NCBI GenBank assembly: GCA_038040175.1
Contig: JBBPIT010000005.1
Location: 44,555-108,554 of the forward strand
Length of the DNA stretch: 64,000 nt
Direction of reading: 5' to 3'
From: Pseudomonadota bacterium
GTDB lineage: Bacteria > Pseudomonadota > Gammaproteobacteria > Burkholderiales > JACQAP01
The position numbers were made by a program, and so were the translations under genes. The notes under the pieces were generated by a model. It did no database searches and had not been told where the DNA came from. It was given only the letters and a program-made list of their open reading frames with translations. Of this stretch, positions 1 to 9,509 are shown one piece after another; the first letter of the stretch is position 1, and each line of letters opens with the position of its first letter.

Positions 1-459
1 CGCGCCTCGGCGCCGGCGCGGCGCATCGAGGCGATCCGGAGACTGGCGCAGGCCGGCGTGCCGGCCGGCGTGATGGTGGCGCCGGTAGTGCCGTTTCTGA
101 CCGATTCGGGAATCGAGGCCGTGCTTGAAGCGGCACGCGAGGCGGGTGCCGACCGTGCCGGCTACACCCTGATGAGGCTGCCCTGGGAGGTCAAGGACTT
201 GTTCAAGGACTGGCTCGAACACAACTTCCCGCTCAAGGCGGCACACGTGATGAGTCGCGTACGCGACATGCGCGACGGGCGCGAGAACGATCCGAATTTC
301 GGCTCGCGCATGCGCGGGGCGGGGGAACTGGCGGAGCTGCTGAGCAAGCGATTCAACATGGCTTGCCGCCGGCTTGGGCTGAACCACGTACGTCGCGGGC
401 CGCTGGATACGATGAAGTTCAAGCCCCCGAGACTCGACGGCCAGATGGATTTGTTCTGA
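1..459 (+). CDS. PA0069-family radical SAM protein, 5'-truncated by window edge
   Basis: Frame open from base 1. C-terminal motifs GVMVAPVVPFLTD, RLPWEVKDLFKDWL, RDGRENDPNFGSRMRG and terminal GQMDLF are typical of this family. Confidence 0.85.
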   Translation, partial: RASAPARRIEAIRRLAQAGVPAGVMVAPVVPFLTDSGIEAVLEAAREAGADRAGYTLMRLPWEVKDLFKDWLEHNFPLKAAHVMSRVRDMRDGRENDPNFGSRMRGAGELAELLSKRFNMACRRLGLNHVRRGPLDTMKFKPPRLDGQMDLF

Positions 460-764
460 TGGTCAAGATCTATTCCGCCGCGACGTTGCCGGACGCGCAT
501 CTGGTGCGTGGACTGCTGGGACAGGCGGGGATCGACGCCACGGTATTCAACGAGAACCTGCAGGGCGGGCTGGGCGAGATTCCGTTTACCCATGCCTACC
601 CCGAAGTGTGGATCGTGGACGAGCGTGACCTGCAACGGGCACGCGAAGTGATCCGTCAGATCGAGCGGCCGGCGCCCAGTTCGGGATCCGTGATCTGCCC
701 GCGTTGCCATGAAGGCAGTCCCGGACATTTTCAGGTCTGCTGGAATTGTGGCGAAGCGTTCTGA
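459..764 (+). CDS. DUF2007-like (putative signal-transducing) protein with C-terminal zinc ribbon
   Basis: ATG overlaps the upstream TGA. AHLVRGLLGQAGI...GEIP...PEVW, then CPRC...CWNC. Confidence 0.8.
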   Translation: MVKIYSAATLPDAHLVRGLLGQAGIDATVFNENLQGGLGEIPFTHAYPEVWIVDERDLQRAREVIRQIERPAPSSGSVICPRCHEGSPGHFQVCWNCGEAF

Positions 765-774
765 GCCGGATGCG

Positions 775-1806
775 ATGCGGCGCGAGCTGCTGCGGGGGAT
801 GGCGGCCGGCGTGCTCGCAACGGGAGCTACGACCGTGCTGATGTCGCGAAGAGTGCAAAGTGCCACGCCGGCGCAGGCGGCGCTTTACGTCGGCGAGGAG
901 CTGGCGCGCTATGGTTTTCCCGACGGTCATCCGCTCGAGGCCGACCGGCAGGGCGCGTTCTACAGGGAGGCCGCCGCCCAGGGGCTGCTGGAGAAAGTGC
1001 CGGTGCGGGCGCCGCGGGTCGCCACGCGCGAGGAAATCGAGCGCTTTCACAGCAAGCGCCATGTCGAAAAAGTAATGCACGCCGAGCGCGACCGGCTCGA
1101 GTATCTCGACAACGGCGACACGCCGGTATTCCCAGGCGTGTACCGGGCGTCTGCGACCGTAGTCGGGTCCGCTCTGGACGGCCTTGCCCGCATCATGGCG
1201 GGCGAGTGCGTGCGCACCTTTCAGCCGATCGGAGGGCTTCATCATGCCGGGCGCGATCATGCGGCCGGATTCTGCGTATTCAACGATCTCGGCGTGGTGA
1301 TCGAGACGCTGCGTTCCCGGTACGGCATCAGGCGCGTGGCCTACGTGGACATCGACGTGCACCACGGCGACGGCATCTTTTATCCGTTCGAGGACGATCC
1401 CGATCTGATTTTTGCCGACATCCACGAGGACGGCAATTATCTCTATCCCGGCACCGGACGCGAGGACGAAACCGGCAAGGGAAGCGCCAAAGGCACCAAG
1501 CTCAACATCCCGCTTGCGCCGCGCTCCGGCGACAGGGAGTTCATGCAGGTCTGGCCGCGGGTGGCGGCGCACCTGACCAGGTTCGAACCGGAATTCGTGG
1601 TGTTTCAGTGCGGCGCCGACGGATTGAAAGGCGATCCGCTGGCGCACCTCGAGTATTCGCCGGCCACGCACGCACACGCAGCGCGGAGCCTGGTGCAGAT
1701 CGCCAGGCGCTTCTCCAAGGGACGCCTGATGGCATTCGGCGGCGGAGGGTACGACCGAAACAATCTGGCCAAGGCCTGGAGTGCGGTCCTTCGAGAGATT
1801 GCTTGA
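775..1806 (+). CDS. Histone deacetylase/AcuC-family Zn amidohydrolase with Tat-like leader
   Basis: GGLHHA, GFCVFND, DIDVHHGDG, GADGLKGDPL and GGGGY motifs. N-terminus MRRELLRGMAAGVLA. Alternative GTG start at 748. Confidence 0.88.
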   Translation: MRRELLRGMAAGVLATGATTVLMSRRVQSATPAQAALYVGEELARYGFPDGHPLEADRQGAFYREAAAQGLLEKVPVRAPRVATREEIERFHSKRHVEKVMHAERDRLEYLDNGDTPVFPGVYRASATVVGSALDGLARIMAGECVRTFQPIGGLHHAGRDHAAGFCVFNDLGVVIETLRSRYGIRRVAYVDIDVHHGDGIFYPFEDDPDLIFADIHEDGNYLYPGTGREDETGKGSAKGTKLNIPLAPRSGDREFMQVWPRVAAHLTRFEPEFVVFQCGADGLKGDPLAHLEYSPATHAHAARSLVQIARRFSKGRLMAFGGGGYDRNNLAKAWSAVLREIA

Positions 1807-1875
1807 TCGTGTCGAACCGGGAACGCGTCCAACACCGAGAAAACACGTCGCGACGCGATTCGCAGAATTCTGCGT

Positions 1876-2883
1876 TTACTTCGGGTCGCTTTTTCGTCTG
1901 CGCGCTTTAACGGTGAGGTTGCGCGCCGCGGATTCCCATTCGTGAACTTTCTCGTGGGCCACGTTTGCCCCGCACAACACCACGACCACTTTCTCACCGG
2001 GTTTTACCGGGATCTTGCCCTCCATCAGCGCCGCGACCGAGCAGGAGGTCGCCGGTTCGGTGAGCAGCTTTTCTTCCTGAAGGATGGCAATCAGCGCGCG
2101 AATTGCCGCGTTGTCCGATACGGTGACCAGATCGGTAACGTATTGCGTGACGATCTCGAACTGGGTTTTCTCGGTCTTGCGTGCGCCCAGGGTCTCGGCG
2201 ATGGAGGTGATCGCCGGCAGTTCGACGATCTTTCCCGCCTTCCGGCTCTGGTACATCGAGTCCGCCCCCTCGGTCTCGACGCCGAATACGCGGGTGCCCG
2301 GCGAGTAGTGCTGAACCGCGGAGAGGATTCCGGAAATCAGCCCGCCGCCGCCGATTGAGGCGACGATCAGGTCCGGCTCCGGCAGTTGCGCCAGAAGTTC
2401 GGTTACGATCGTGCCTTGGCCGGCCATGACCATCGGATTGTCGAACGGATGGATGTAGGCACGGCCCGATTCCCCTGCGACTTTCATTGCCAGCGCGTTG
2501 GCGTCGTCCCAGGCGCTGCCGTGAACGACCATCTCGGGGCCGAAGCGGCGGATCGCGGCGAGCCTGGTCTCGGTAGCCGATTCCGGCAGGTACACGGTTG
2601 CGGGGATGCCGAGTGTGGTGGCGGCGTAGGCGACGGCCAGTCCGTGGTTGCCGCCCGAGGCGGTGACTACGCCGCGCTTCCTCTGCTTTTCGGTGAGTTG
2701 CGTGAGCGCGCTGAACGCGCCGCGAACCTTGAACGAGTGCGTGGGCTGCAACATCTCCAGCTTGAAGAATACGTTGGCCCCGAGTTCGCGGCTGAAATGT
2801 TGCGCGCGTATCAAAGGAGTCGGCGCGAGGTGCGCGCGGATGCGCTGCCCGGCGGTTTCGATCTCCCGTTTTGCGATCAGCAT
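1876..2883 (-). CDS. PLP-dependent threonine/serine dehydratase family protein
   Basis: SFKVRGA PLP lysine, ASGGNHG, IGGGGLISG. No regulatory ACT domain. Confidence 0.88.
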   Translation of the reverse strand: MLIAKREIETAGQRIRAHLAPTPLIRAQHFSRELGANVFFKLEMLQPTHSFKVRGAFSALTQLTEKQRKRGVVTASGGNHGLAVAYAATTLGIPATVYLPESATETRLAAIRRFGPEMVVHGSAWDDANALAMKVAGESGRAYIHPFDNPMVMAGQGTIVTELLAQLPEPDLIVASIGGGGLISGILSAVQHYSPGTRVFGVETEGADSMYQSRKAGKIVELPAITSIAETLGARKTEKTQFEIVTQYVTDLVTVSDNAAIRALIAILQEEKLLTEPATSCSVAALMEGKIPVKPGEKVVVVLCGANVAHEKVHEWESAARNLTVKARRRKSDPK

Positions 2884-2898
2884 CTGTCCTCCACGAAA

Positions 2899-2926
2899 GA
2901 ACGGGCGGCCGCAAGGCCGCCCGTTC
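2899..2926 (-). terminator. Strong GC hairpin just upstream of the dehydratase RBS
   Basis: GAACGGGCGGCC-GCAA-GGCCGCCCGTTC, 12-bp perfect stem. Followed by TTT and then the GGAGG RBS on the minus strand. Confidence 0.5.
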
Positions 2927-3166
2927 AGATCCGGATTTTTCAGTCCGGGGCGGTGACTTCATTGTAAATGGCTGAAGAGTCGTCGCTGATTGGGTAATTT
3001 CCGTCCGGGACGACGCATCACATGAATGCTTAAAGATACATGGAGTTAGCGACGACATTGGGGACAACCGGGTAGGGCACCTGGACTTAGCACCCGTCTG
3101 CGCCGGAGGACTTACGACGGAATCCACGTGGCAGACATGACGAAAAGCGCCAACCGGGGTTGGCAG

Positions 3167-4534
3167 CTAGGCAGCAGCGACAGAAGGCAGTCCGGCCAGC
3201 GCCATCGCCAGTTCGCTCTCGTCGTAACTCTTGTCGGTGAGCGTGCCGGCAAAGTAGTCGGAGTAGGCCTGCATGTCGAAGTGGCCGTGACCGGATAGGT
3301 TGAACAGGATGGTGCGCGCTTTGCCTTCGGCCTTGCACTTCAGGGCTTCGTCGATTGCGCCCTTGACCGCGTGGTTCGCCTCCGGCGCCGGGACGATGCC
3401 TTCGGCGCGCGCGAACTTCACTCCGGCCTCGAACACCTCGACCTGCTTGTAGGCGCGCGCCTCGATCAGTCCCAGTTCCTTGATATGCGAAACCAGCGGC
3501 GCCATGCCGTGATAGCGCAGCCCGCCGGCATGCACCGCGGGCGGAATGAAGGTCGATCCCAGTGTGTGCATCCTCACCAGGGGCGTCAGGTGGCCGGTGT
3601 CGCCGAAATCGTAGGCGTACTTGCCCTTGGTGAGTGAAGGGCATGCGGCCGGTTCGATGGCGACGATGCGGCGCTTCTTGCCGCCGCGCAGTTGCGCACC
3701 GAGGAAGGGAAAGACGATGCCTGCGAAATTCGAGCCGCCGCCGGTGCAGGCGATGATGATGTCGGGATCGTCGCCGGCCATTTCCATTTGTTTCATCGCT
3801 TCCTGGCCGACCACGGTCTGGTGCAGCAGAACGTGATTCAGCACCGAACCCAGCGCGTATTTGGTGTCGTCGTGGGTGGCGGCGACTTCAACGGCTTCCG
3901 AGATGGCAATGCCCAGGCTGCCGGTGCTGTCCGGCGTTTTCGCCAGGATCGCGCGGCCGACGTTGGTTTCCATCGAGGGACTGGCGATGCAGCGCGCGCC
4001 GTAAGTCTCCATCAATGCGCGGCGATAAGGCTTCTGCTGGTACGAGACCTTGACCATGAACACCTGGATGTCGATCCCGAACAGCGCGCCGGCAAACGCC
4101 AGCGCAGAGCCCCACTGGCCCGCGCCGGTTTCGGTGGCGATTTTCCTGATCCCCGCCTCGCGGTTGTAGAACGCCTGCGCCACCGCGGTGTTCGGCTTGT
4201 GCGATCCGGCCGGACTCACGCCTTCATACTTGTAGTAGATCTTCGCCGGGGTATCGAGGACCTTCTCCAGGCGGCGGGCGCGGTATAGCGGGCTCGGCCG
4301 CCACTGCTTATAGATTTCCCGCACCGGGCTGGGAATCTCGATCTCGCGATCGGCCGAGACCTCCTGCATGATCAGCGCCATCGGAAAAAGCGGCGCCAGA
4401 TCGTCCGGGCCGAGCGGCTTGAGCGTGCCCGGGTGCAGCGGCGGTGGAGGCGGTGACGGGAGGTCCGCCATGATGTTGTACCAGGACTTCGGAATCTGCT
4501 CTTCCGAGAGCAGGTATTTGATCGTGTCCACCAT
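3167..4534 (-). CDS. trpB2: TrpB-like PLP enzyme (tryptophan synthase beta type 2)
   Basis: [39 protein letters not shown]. Start placed at MVDTIKY after a GGAAGG RBS. Confidence 0.93.
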   Translation of the reverse strand: MVDTIKYLLSEEQIPKSWYNIMADLPSPPPPPLHPGTLKPLGPDDLAPLFPMALIMQEVSADREIEIPSPVREIYKQWRPSPLYRARRLEKVLDTPAKIYYKYEGVSPAGSHKPNTAVAQAFYNREAGIRKIATETGAGQWGSALAFAGALFGIDIQVFMVKVSYQQKPYRRALMETYGARCIASPSMETNVGRAILAKTPDSTGSLGIAISEAVEVAATHDDTKYALGSVLNHVLLHQTVVGQEAMKQMEMAGDDPDIIIACTGGGSNFAGIVFPFLGAQLRGGKKRRIVAIEPAACPSLTKGKYAYDFGDTGHLTPLVRMHTLGSTFIPPAVHAGGLRYHGMAPLVSHIKELGLIEARAYKQVEVFEAGVKFARAEGIVPAPEANHAVKGAIDEALKCKAEGKARTILFNLSGHGHFDMQAYSDYFAGTLTDKSYDESELAMALAGLPSVAAA

Positions 4535-4717
4535 GATTCCTTCCCCAATATGGTTTCGTGGGCTCACGGAGGCAGATTAGCAGAACGCGACGCGAGGACC
4601 AAAACGCCGTGACGGCGCAGGTTAAAGCGCTTGGGGGAAAATTGAGGCGCCGACCCGGACTCAGAGCCGAGTAATTGTGCAATGTCCCTCGCGTTGAACG
4701 CTTTTCTGGATTTCGGT

Positions 4718-5074
4718 TCAGCCCTTTGATCCGGCCCGGCGGCGGCGCTCCGAAAGCGGTATCACGTTGTCCTTCCGGCGATCGGCCAGGCCGGCGCGCT
4801 TGATCAGGTCATTCCAGAACGATTCGCCCTGATCGGACTTGAACGTGACGTAGAGCGCCACCTGCTCCGGATAGGCCTCGCCCGAACCCAGACGCGGCAG
4901 GTGGCGGCTGGGGGAATCGCTCACGAAGGCCTGCCGGTCGGCTTCCCAGGCGTGCAGTATCGTGTGCCACAACGAGCGCTCGAACGGATCGTCTTCCTCC
5001 TCGAACCCGTACTGCCACTTCAGGAAAGAGATCTCGACCGGCGACAGGTCCTTGCTGCGGAACTGGATGCTCAT
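4718..5074 (-). CDS. Hypothetical protein (118 aa)
   Basis: GAGGAG RBS before the ATG and plausible composition. No family recognised. Confidence 0.6.
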   Translation of the reverse strand: MSIQFRSKDLSPVEISFLKWQYGFEEEDDPFERSLWHTILHAWEADRQAFVSDSPSRHLPRLGSGEAYPEQVALYVTFKSDQGESFWNDLIKRAGLADRRKDNVIPLSERRRRAGSKG

Positions 5075-5405
5075 ATCTCCTCGGCCTATTTAAGGGTGCT
5101 GACGGCTGTGACAGCCAATAATAAGGGGAGTTTGCGCCGAAGCCAACCAGCATGGGAACCAGTTCTGAGTCCTGAGCGAAAAACCAGGCCTACGGTACCA
5201 AGGCCGGGGACTGAGAAAGATCCGGAACCGGGACCACGGACCCAAGGCTGCAATGCTCCTGACAGGGCGCGAAGCGCCCTCAACTCAATTCGCCTTTGCT
5301 GACTTCCCGCCTGTAGGCGAACGATTGCAGCCGCCGCCGTCCTCGAATTGATCGCGGCCACCGGGCCGCGCCTGAAATTGGCTCGCAACAATGGCAGGTC
5401 GTAAA

Positions 5406-6869
5406 TCACGGCCGGCGTTGGCCCGTCGAATCGGCCGTCGGCCGCTGGCGCGGCTTCGGCCAGCCGCTGCCGCCCGTGATCTCGCCTCGACGCGTTGCGC
5501 TCCCGCCCATCCAGCGCAGCAGACCGGCCAGCCGCCACACCGCGACCAGTTGCCGGTAGCCGCAGTTCTCCATGATCACGGCGCCGAGCAGCCAAGCGAG
5601 CTGGCCCGGCTTGCGATAGATGTGGAAGGAGAGCTCTTCGAGCAGCAGCGCGCTCACCGAAACCATGATACCCATGCCGACTGCCACCAGCATGAAGGCG
5701 ACGAAAGCCTGCGCGGACACCAGTCCGAACAGCCATGCGGCCGTCATCAGGACATAGGCGAGCACTTCCAGCAGCGGCCCCAGCCATTCGAACAGGGCCA
5801 TGAACGGAAAAGCCGCCCAGCCGGCCGCGCCGCCGCGCGGATGCAACAGCAGCCTGATGTTGAGGAAAAGCGACTCCGACAGGCCGCGCTGCCAGCGCAC
5901 GCGTTGCTTCGCGAGCACCGCCAGCGATTCCGGCACTTCGGTCCAGAGAATCGGGTCGGGAACAAGAGCGATCCGGTACGGCAGCCCGGCCAGACGGTTG
6001 AGCCGGTGCAGCCGCACCACCAGTTCCATGTCCTCGTCCACGGCATCGCGGCGATAGCCGCCGGCCTCCACCACCGCTTCCTTTCTGAAGACTCCGAACG
6101 CGCCGGAGAGGATCAGCACCGCGTTCATCGGCGACCACCCCAGCCGGCCGAACAGGAAAGCGCGCAGATATTCGACGAGCTGGATCAGCGCCAGCGGATG
6201 GCCGGGCAAATCGACCTCGGCGATAAAGCCGTCGTTCACCGTGCAGCCGTTGGCGATGCGCGCAGCCGCGCCGCAAGCCACCGTGGTCGGGTCCTGCAGA
6301 AACGGCTGCACCAGGCGTTTGAGCGAATCGGCTTGCAGGATCGAGTTGGCGTCAAGTGCGCAATACAGCGGATAGCGCGCGGCATTGATGCCGGCGTTCA
6401 GGGCATCGGCCTTGCCGCCGTTGACCTTGTCCAGCACGCGCAGATTGGGGTGCAGGGCCGAACGGTAGATGCCGCGCACGGGCTGGATCGCCAGCCGCTT
6501 CCAGTACGCCTCGGGAAACGGCGCCAATGCGAACTCGCGGGTGAGCGCGGCCAGCGTGCCATCGGTGGAGCCGTCGTTGACGACCACCACCTCGAACTCC
6601 GGATACTCGAACTGCAACAGCGAGCGCACCGAGGCGGCGATGGTGGCCTCCTCGTTGCGTGCCGGCACCAGGATCGAAACCGGCGGCTCGAATCCCGAGT
6701 AAACGCGCGGCAGCGTTTCCAGTGCACGCGCTTCCATGTAGCGCTTGATGCCGGCGAGCGACAGCAGGTTGAGCAGGGTGTAACCGCCGTTGGCGCCGAT
6801 GAAGTAGAGCAGGAACATCCACTGCATTGCGCTTACCCAGGTCGCCAGGTCGGCAATCTGCCAGTTCAT
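5406..6869 (-). CDS. Membrane glycosyltransferase family 2 (PgaC/IcaA-like)
   Basis: VPARNEE, NDGSTD, NGGKADALN, EDMEL, QRVRW and flanking TM helices. Start at MNWQIAD overlaps the upstream stop. Confidence 0.9.
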   Translation of the reverse strand: MNWQIADLATWVSAMQWMFLLYFIGANGGYTLLNLLSLAGIKRYMEARALETLPRVYSGFEPPVSILVPARNEEATIAASVRSLLQFEYPEFEVVVVNDGSTDGTLAALTREFALAPFPEAYWKRLAIQPVRGIYRSALHPNLRVLDKVNGGKADALNAGINAARYPLYCALDANSILQADSLKRLVQPFLQDPTTVACGAAARIANGCTVNDGFIAEVDLPGHPLALIQLVEYLRAFLFGRLGWSPMNAVLILSGAFGVFRKEAVVEAGGYRRDAVDEDMELVVRLHRLNRLAGLPYRIALVPDPILWTEVPESLAVLAKQRVRWQRGLSESLFLNIRLLLHPRGGAAGWAAFPFMALFEWLGPLLEVLAYVLMTAAWLFGLVSAQAFVAFMLVAVGMGIMVSVSALLLEELSFHIYRKPGQLAWLLGAVIMENCGYRQLVAVWRLAGLLRWMGGSATRRGEITGGSGWPKPRQRPTADSTGQRRP

Positions 6870-7921
6870 GTCGACTTCCTCTCGGCCATGACCTGGTCGA
6901 GCATGTTGACCCCGAATTTGTCCTCCAGCGTCCAGCGCAGCCGCCATAAGTCGTCATTGGACAGAAACGGCAGCGCCACCAGCGACTGCGCGGCGCGATA
7001 GCGCACCCACCACACCGGGTCGGCCAGCATCTGCACCAGCAGTCTTTCGTCGCCGGGCAGTGCGGCCCGCAGTAGCGCCCGCGCCGCCTGGGTGCGCACC
7101 TGCCAGCTGGCATGGCGCGCAAAACGCGCGATCAGCTCGCGATCGGGCGGCACATGCACGGATTTCAGGCATGCCGTAAGCACTTCCTCGTTTTCGCTCA
7201 TCTCCAGCAGTTCGCGGATCCTGGGCATTGCGTCATTGGAACGCGCCACGGCCAGCAACGCGACCAGGCGCGGCAGCCGCTCGGGCGGCGTGAGATCCAC
7301 TGCGGCCGCAAGCTGGGCGGAGACCTTGTCCGTGCCGGCCTCTGCCAGCATCGTCTCGACGTGCGCCAGGGACCAGTCGCCGCGTCCGGTGAAATCCGGC
7401 AACAGCAAGGCCAGCGCTGCCGAAGCGTCGATCAGCAACAGGGCGCGTGCCGCCGCCAGCGACAGAAACGGGTGAGGCGACTGCGACAGGTCATGGAGCT
7501 TGTCCCAGGATTCGCGATCGCCGAGATGACCGAGCGTGAGCACCGCCATGAGGCGCACGCGGATGCTGCCGCGCGCCAGGAGCTTGCGCGCTGCTACATC
7601 CATGCGCAGTTGCAGGATCAGCGTCTTCAGACGCTGGCGCGCGGTTGCGGATCCCGATTCCTGGTACTGGTTCCAGAGCGACAGGAAAGTGAACCAATTG
7701 GCACGCGCGATTCGCGGCAGGCGCAGCGGAATGGCCTGCATGCTCTCCAGAAATCGCGGCCGCCAGCGCGCAGTGAAGCGGTTTTCGCGGCGCTGGCGCA
7801 GCGTAAGTTGCAGGCGCAGCAGCAATATATGCAACGTCATGAGAGTCGACAGCACCAGCACCGCCAGGCCTGCGGCCAGCGCGAAGCGCAGCAGGGGATC
7901 GGAAACGGTATCGAAATTCAA
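6866..7921 (-). CDS. Membrane-anchored HEAT-repeat protein
   Basis: N-terminal TM helix; HEAT-like WQVRTQAARAL and DPVWWVRYRAAQSL; coupled to the GT2 gene. Confidence 0.8.
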   Translation of the reverse strand: MNFDTVSDPLLRFALAAGLAVLVLSTLMTLHILLLRLQLTLRQRRENRFTARWRPRFLESMQAIPLRLPRIARANWFTFLSLWNQYQESGSATARQRLKTLILQLRMDVAARKLLARGSIRVRLMAVLTLGHLGDRESWDKLHDLSQSPHPFLSLAAARALLLIDASAALALLLPDFTGRGDWSLAHVETMLAEAGTDKVSAQLAAAVDLTPPERLPRLVALLAVARSNDAMPRIRELLEMSENEEVLTACLKSVHVPPDRELIARFARHASWQVRTQAARALLRAALPGDERLLVQMLADPVWWVRYRAAQSLVALPFLSNDDLWRLRWTLEDKFGVNMLDQVMAERKST

Positions 7922-8209
7922 GGCGAATACCCTGGCAGCCGCACATCGACAGCGGCGAGGCGTCGTTGTCGGTGACGAGCATGGAGTGCTGCATGCCGAA
8001 AAGGCTGGCGGGGTGTTTGCACGCGGGTTGCCGACGCGATATCGGCTTGCATTATAGCCTCGCGTGTCCTGCGACCCCTGCGCCCGGGCCCCGGCGCATG
8101 GCCCGCGCGATTGCCGGTCCAGCTTCGGCGTGTGCGCGACCAGTCTGCTGCTGCGGCGCGCAGGTGACTCACGTTACTGGCAGTACCGCGACAGGAGGGG
8201 CCGGCACAC

Positions 8210-8226
8210 CGCACCAAGTTGATGCG
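8210..8226. promoter_or_regulatory. NtrC-like enhancer site
   Basis: CGCACCAAGTTGATGCG versus consensus TGCACCA-N3-TGGTGCA, about 85 bp upstream of a sigma54 box. Confidence 0.55.
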
Positions 8227-8309
8227 CGGGCACCGGGTTTCGCACCAGCGTTTCCGCTGTTCAGCGTGCCGCCTGCAGCAACGCGTTGTTTCATCACGGA
8301 AAGGATCGG

Positions 8310-8325
8310 TGGCACGCGCGTTGCA
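8310..8325 (+). promoter_or_regulatory. Sigma54 (-24/-12) promoter
   Basis: TGGCACGCGCGTTGCA matches TGGCAC-N5-TTGCW exactly; upstream of ybiB. Confidence 0.8.
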
Positions 8326-8411
8326 TTGGGCGTGGGTAGCAAAGTTCGGGCGGGTTCGCGTGCGTAGTGCCGCGCACCCGACGGCAATCACTGCGGTTTC
8401 GACGGGAAGCC

Positions 8412-9440
8412 ATGAGCGTTGCGCGTTACATCAGGGAACTCACCGACGGGAGCGACGGCGCGCACGCCTTGACCGAGGAGGATGCTCACGACCTTTTCGC
8501 TGCCATGCTCGATGGCGGCGTGCCCGATCTCGAACTCGGTGCCTGCCTGATGGCGCTGCGAATCAAAACCGGGTCCGCTGCCGAGCTTCTCGGCTTTTAC
8601 CGGGCTGCGTCGGAACGCCTGTACACACTGCGGCCGCCCGCTACCAGCCTCAGGCCGCTGGTCTTTGCGACTTACAACGGTGCCCGGCATGAGCCGAATC
8701 TGCTGCCGCTGCTGGTGCTGTTGCTGCAGCGGATCGGCATCCCGGTGCTGTTGCACGGCACGCTGGAAGGCAGCGGACGGGTTGCGAGCGTGTACATATT
8801 GCGCGAGCTCGGCGTGTTGCCGAGTGCGTCGCTCGCGCACGCGCAGAAGTCCCTCGACGATGAGCTGCTGGCATTTGTGCCGACCGCGGTCTTGTGCCCC
8901 GGACTTGCGAATCTGCTTTCGCTCAGAAGCCGGCTCGGTGTGCGCAATCCCGCGCACCACCTCGTCAAGCTGCTCGATCCGTTCCAAGGCGCGGGCTTGC
9001 GCGTGGTAAGCGCCGGCCAGGTGCCGCATCTCGCCGCAGCAGAGGCGTTTCTTGCCGCAACGGGCTTCGACGCGCTGTTGTTGCGCAGCACCGAGGGGGA
9101 GTCCTTTGCCAACCCCCGGCAGCGGCCGAAAATCCAGTTGTTCCGGCATGGCGAAGCGAGCGTGCTTTTCGAAGAGGAATTGGCTTCTGCGAAACACATA
9201 CCGAGCCAGCCGGCGAGCATCGAAGCCGCGGTCACCGCGCAGTGGATCCGTCAGGCGCTCGCCGGGCGGGTGCCGGTGCCGCATCCGCTGGTGAATCAAC
9301 TGGCCTGTTGCCTGTACGCCGCTGGGTACACCGAGGACATGAACCAGGCGAAGGCCATCGCTGCGGTCGAGGCGGGCGGGCTGACGCCGTCCACGACAGG
9401 CCGTTCTGCTGAGGGCATGCGCCCGCGTACCCACACCTGA
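8412..9440 (+). CDS. ybiB: YbiB-family protein (anthranilate phosphoribosyltransferase-like fold)
   Basis: DLELGACLMALRIK, YNGARHEPNL, LGVRNPAH, TEGESFANP. Confidence 0.85.
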   Translation: MSVARYIRELTDGSDGAHALTEEDAHDLFAAMLDGGVPDLELGACLMALRIKTGSAAELLGFYRAASERLYTLRPPATSLRPLVFATYNGARHEPNLLPLLVLLLQRIGIPVLLHGTLEGSGRVASVYILRELGVLPSASLAHAQKSLDDELLAFVPTAVLCPGLANLLSLRSRLGVRNPAHHLVKLLDPFQGAGLRVVSAGQVPHLAAAEAFLAATGFDALLLRSTEGESFANPRQRPKIQLFRHGEASVLFEEELASAKHIPSQPASIEAAVTAQWIRQALAGRVPVPHPLVNQLACCLYAAGYTEDMNQAKAIAAVEAGGLTPSTTGRSAEGMRPRTHT

Positions 9441-9509
9441 AGAATCGATGCGACGCCCGGCCGGCGCGCCGATCACCAACGAAATTACGTATCTGACACC
9501 GAGGGACAA

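Noticed and set aside
5150..5250. CsrB/RsmZ-like sRNA or hammerhead ribozyme
   Set aside because: The GGA motifs are few and not clearly in hairpin loops, there is no U-tailed terminator, and no CUGANGA/GAAA core.
7918..8052. Short ORF or response-regulator remnant upstream of the HEAT gene
   Set aside because: No convincing receiver-domain motifs; more likely a promoter/leader region (TATAAT on the minus strand near 8051-8056).
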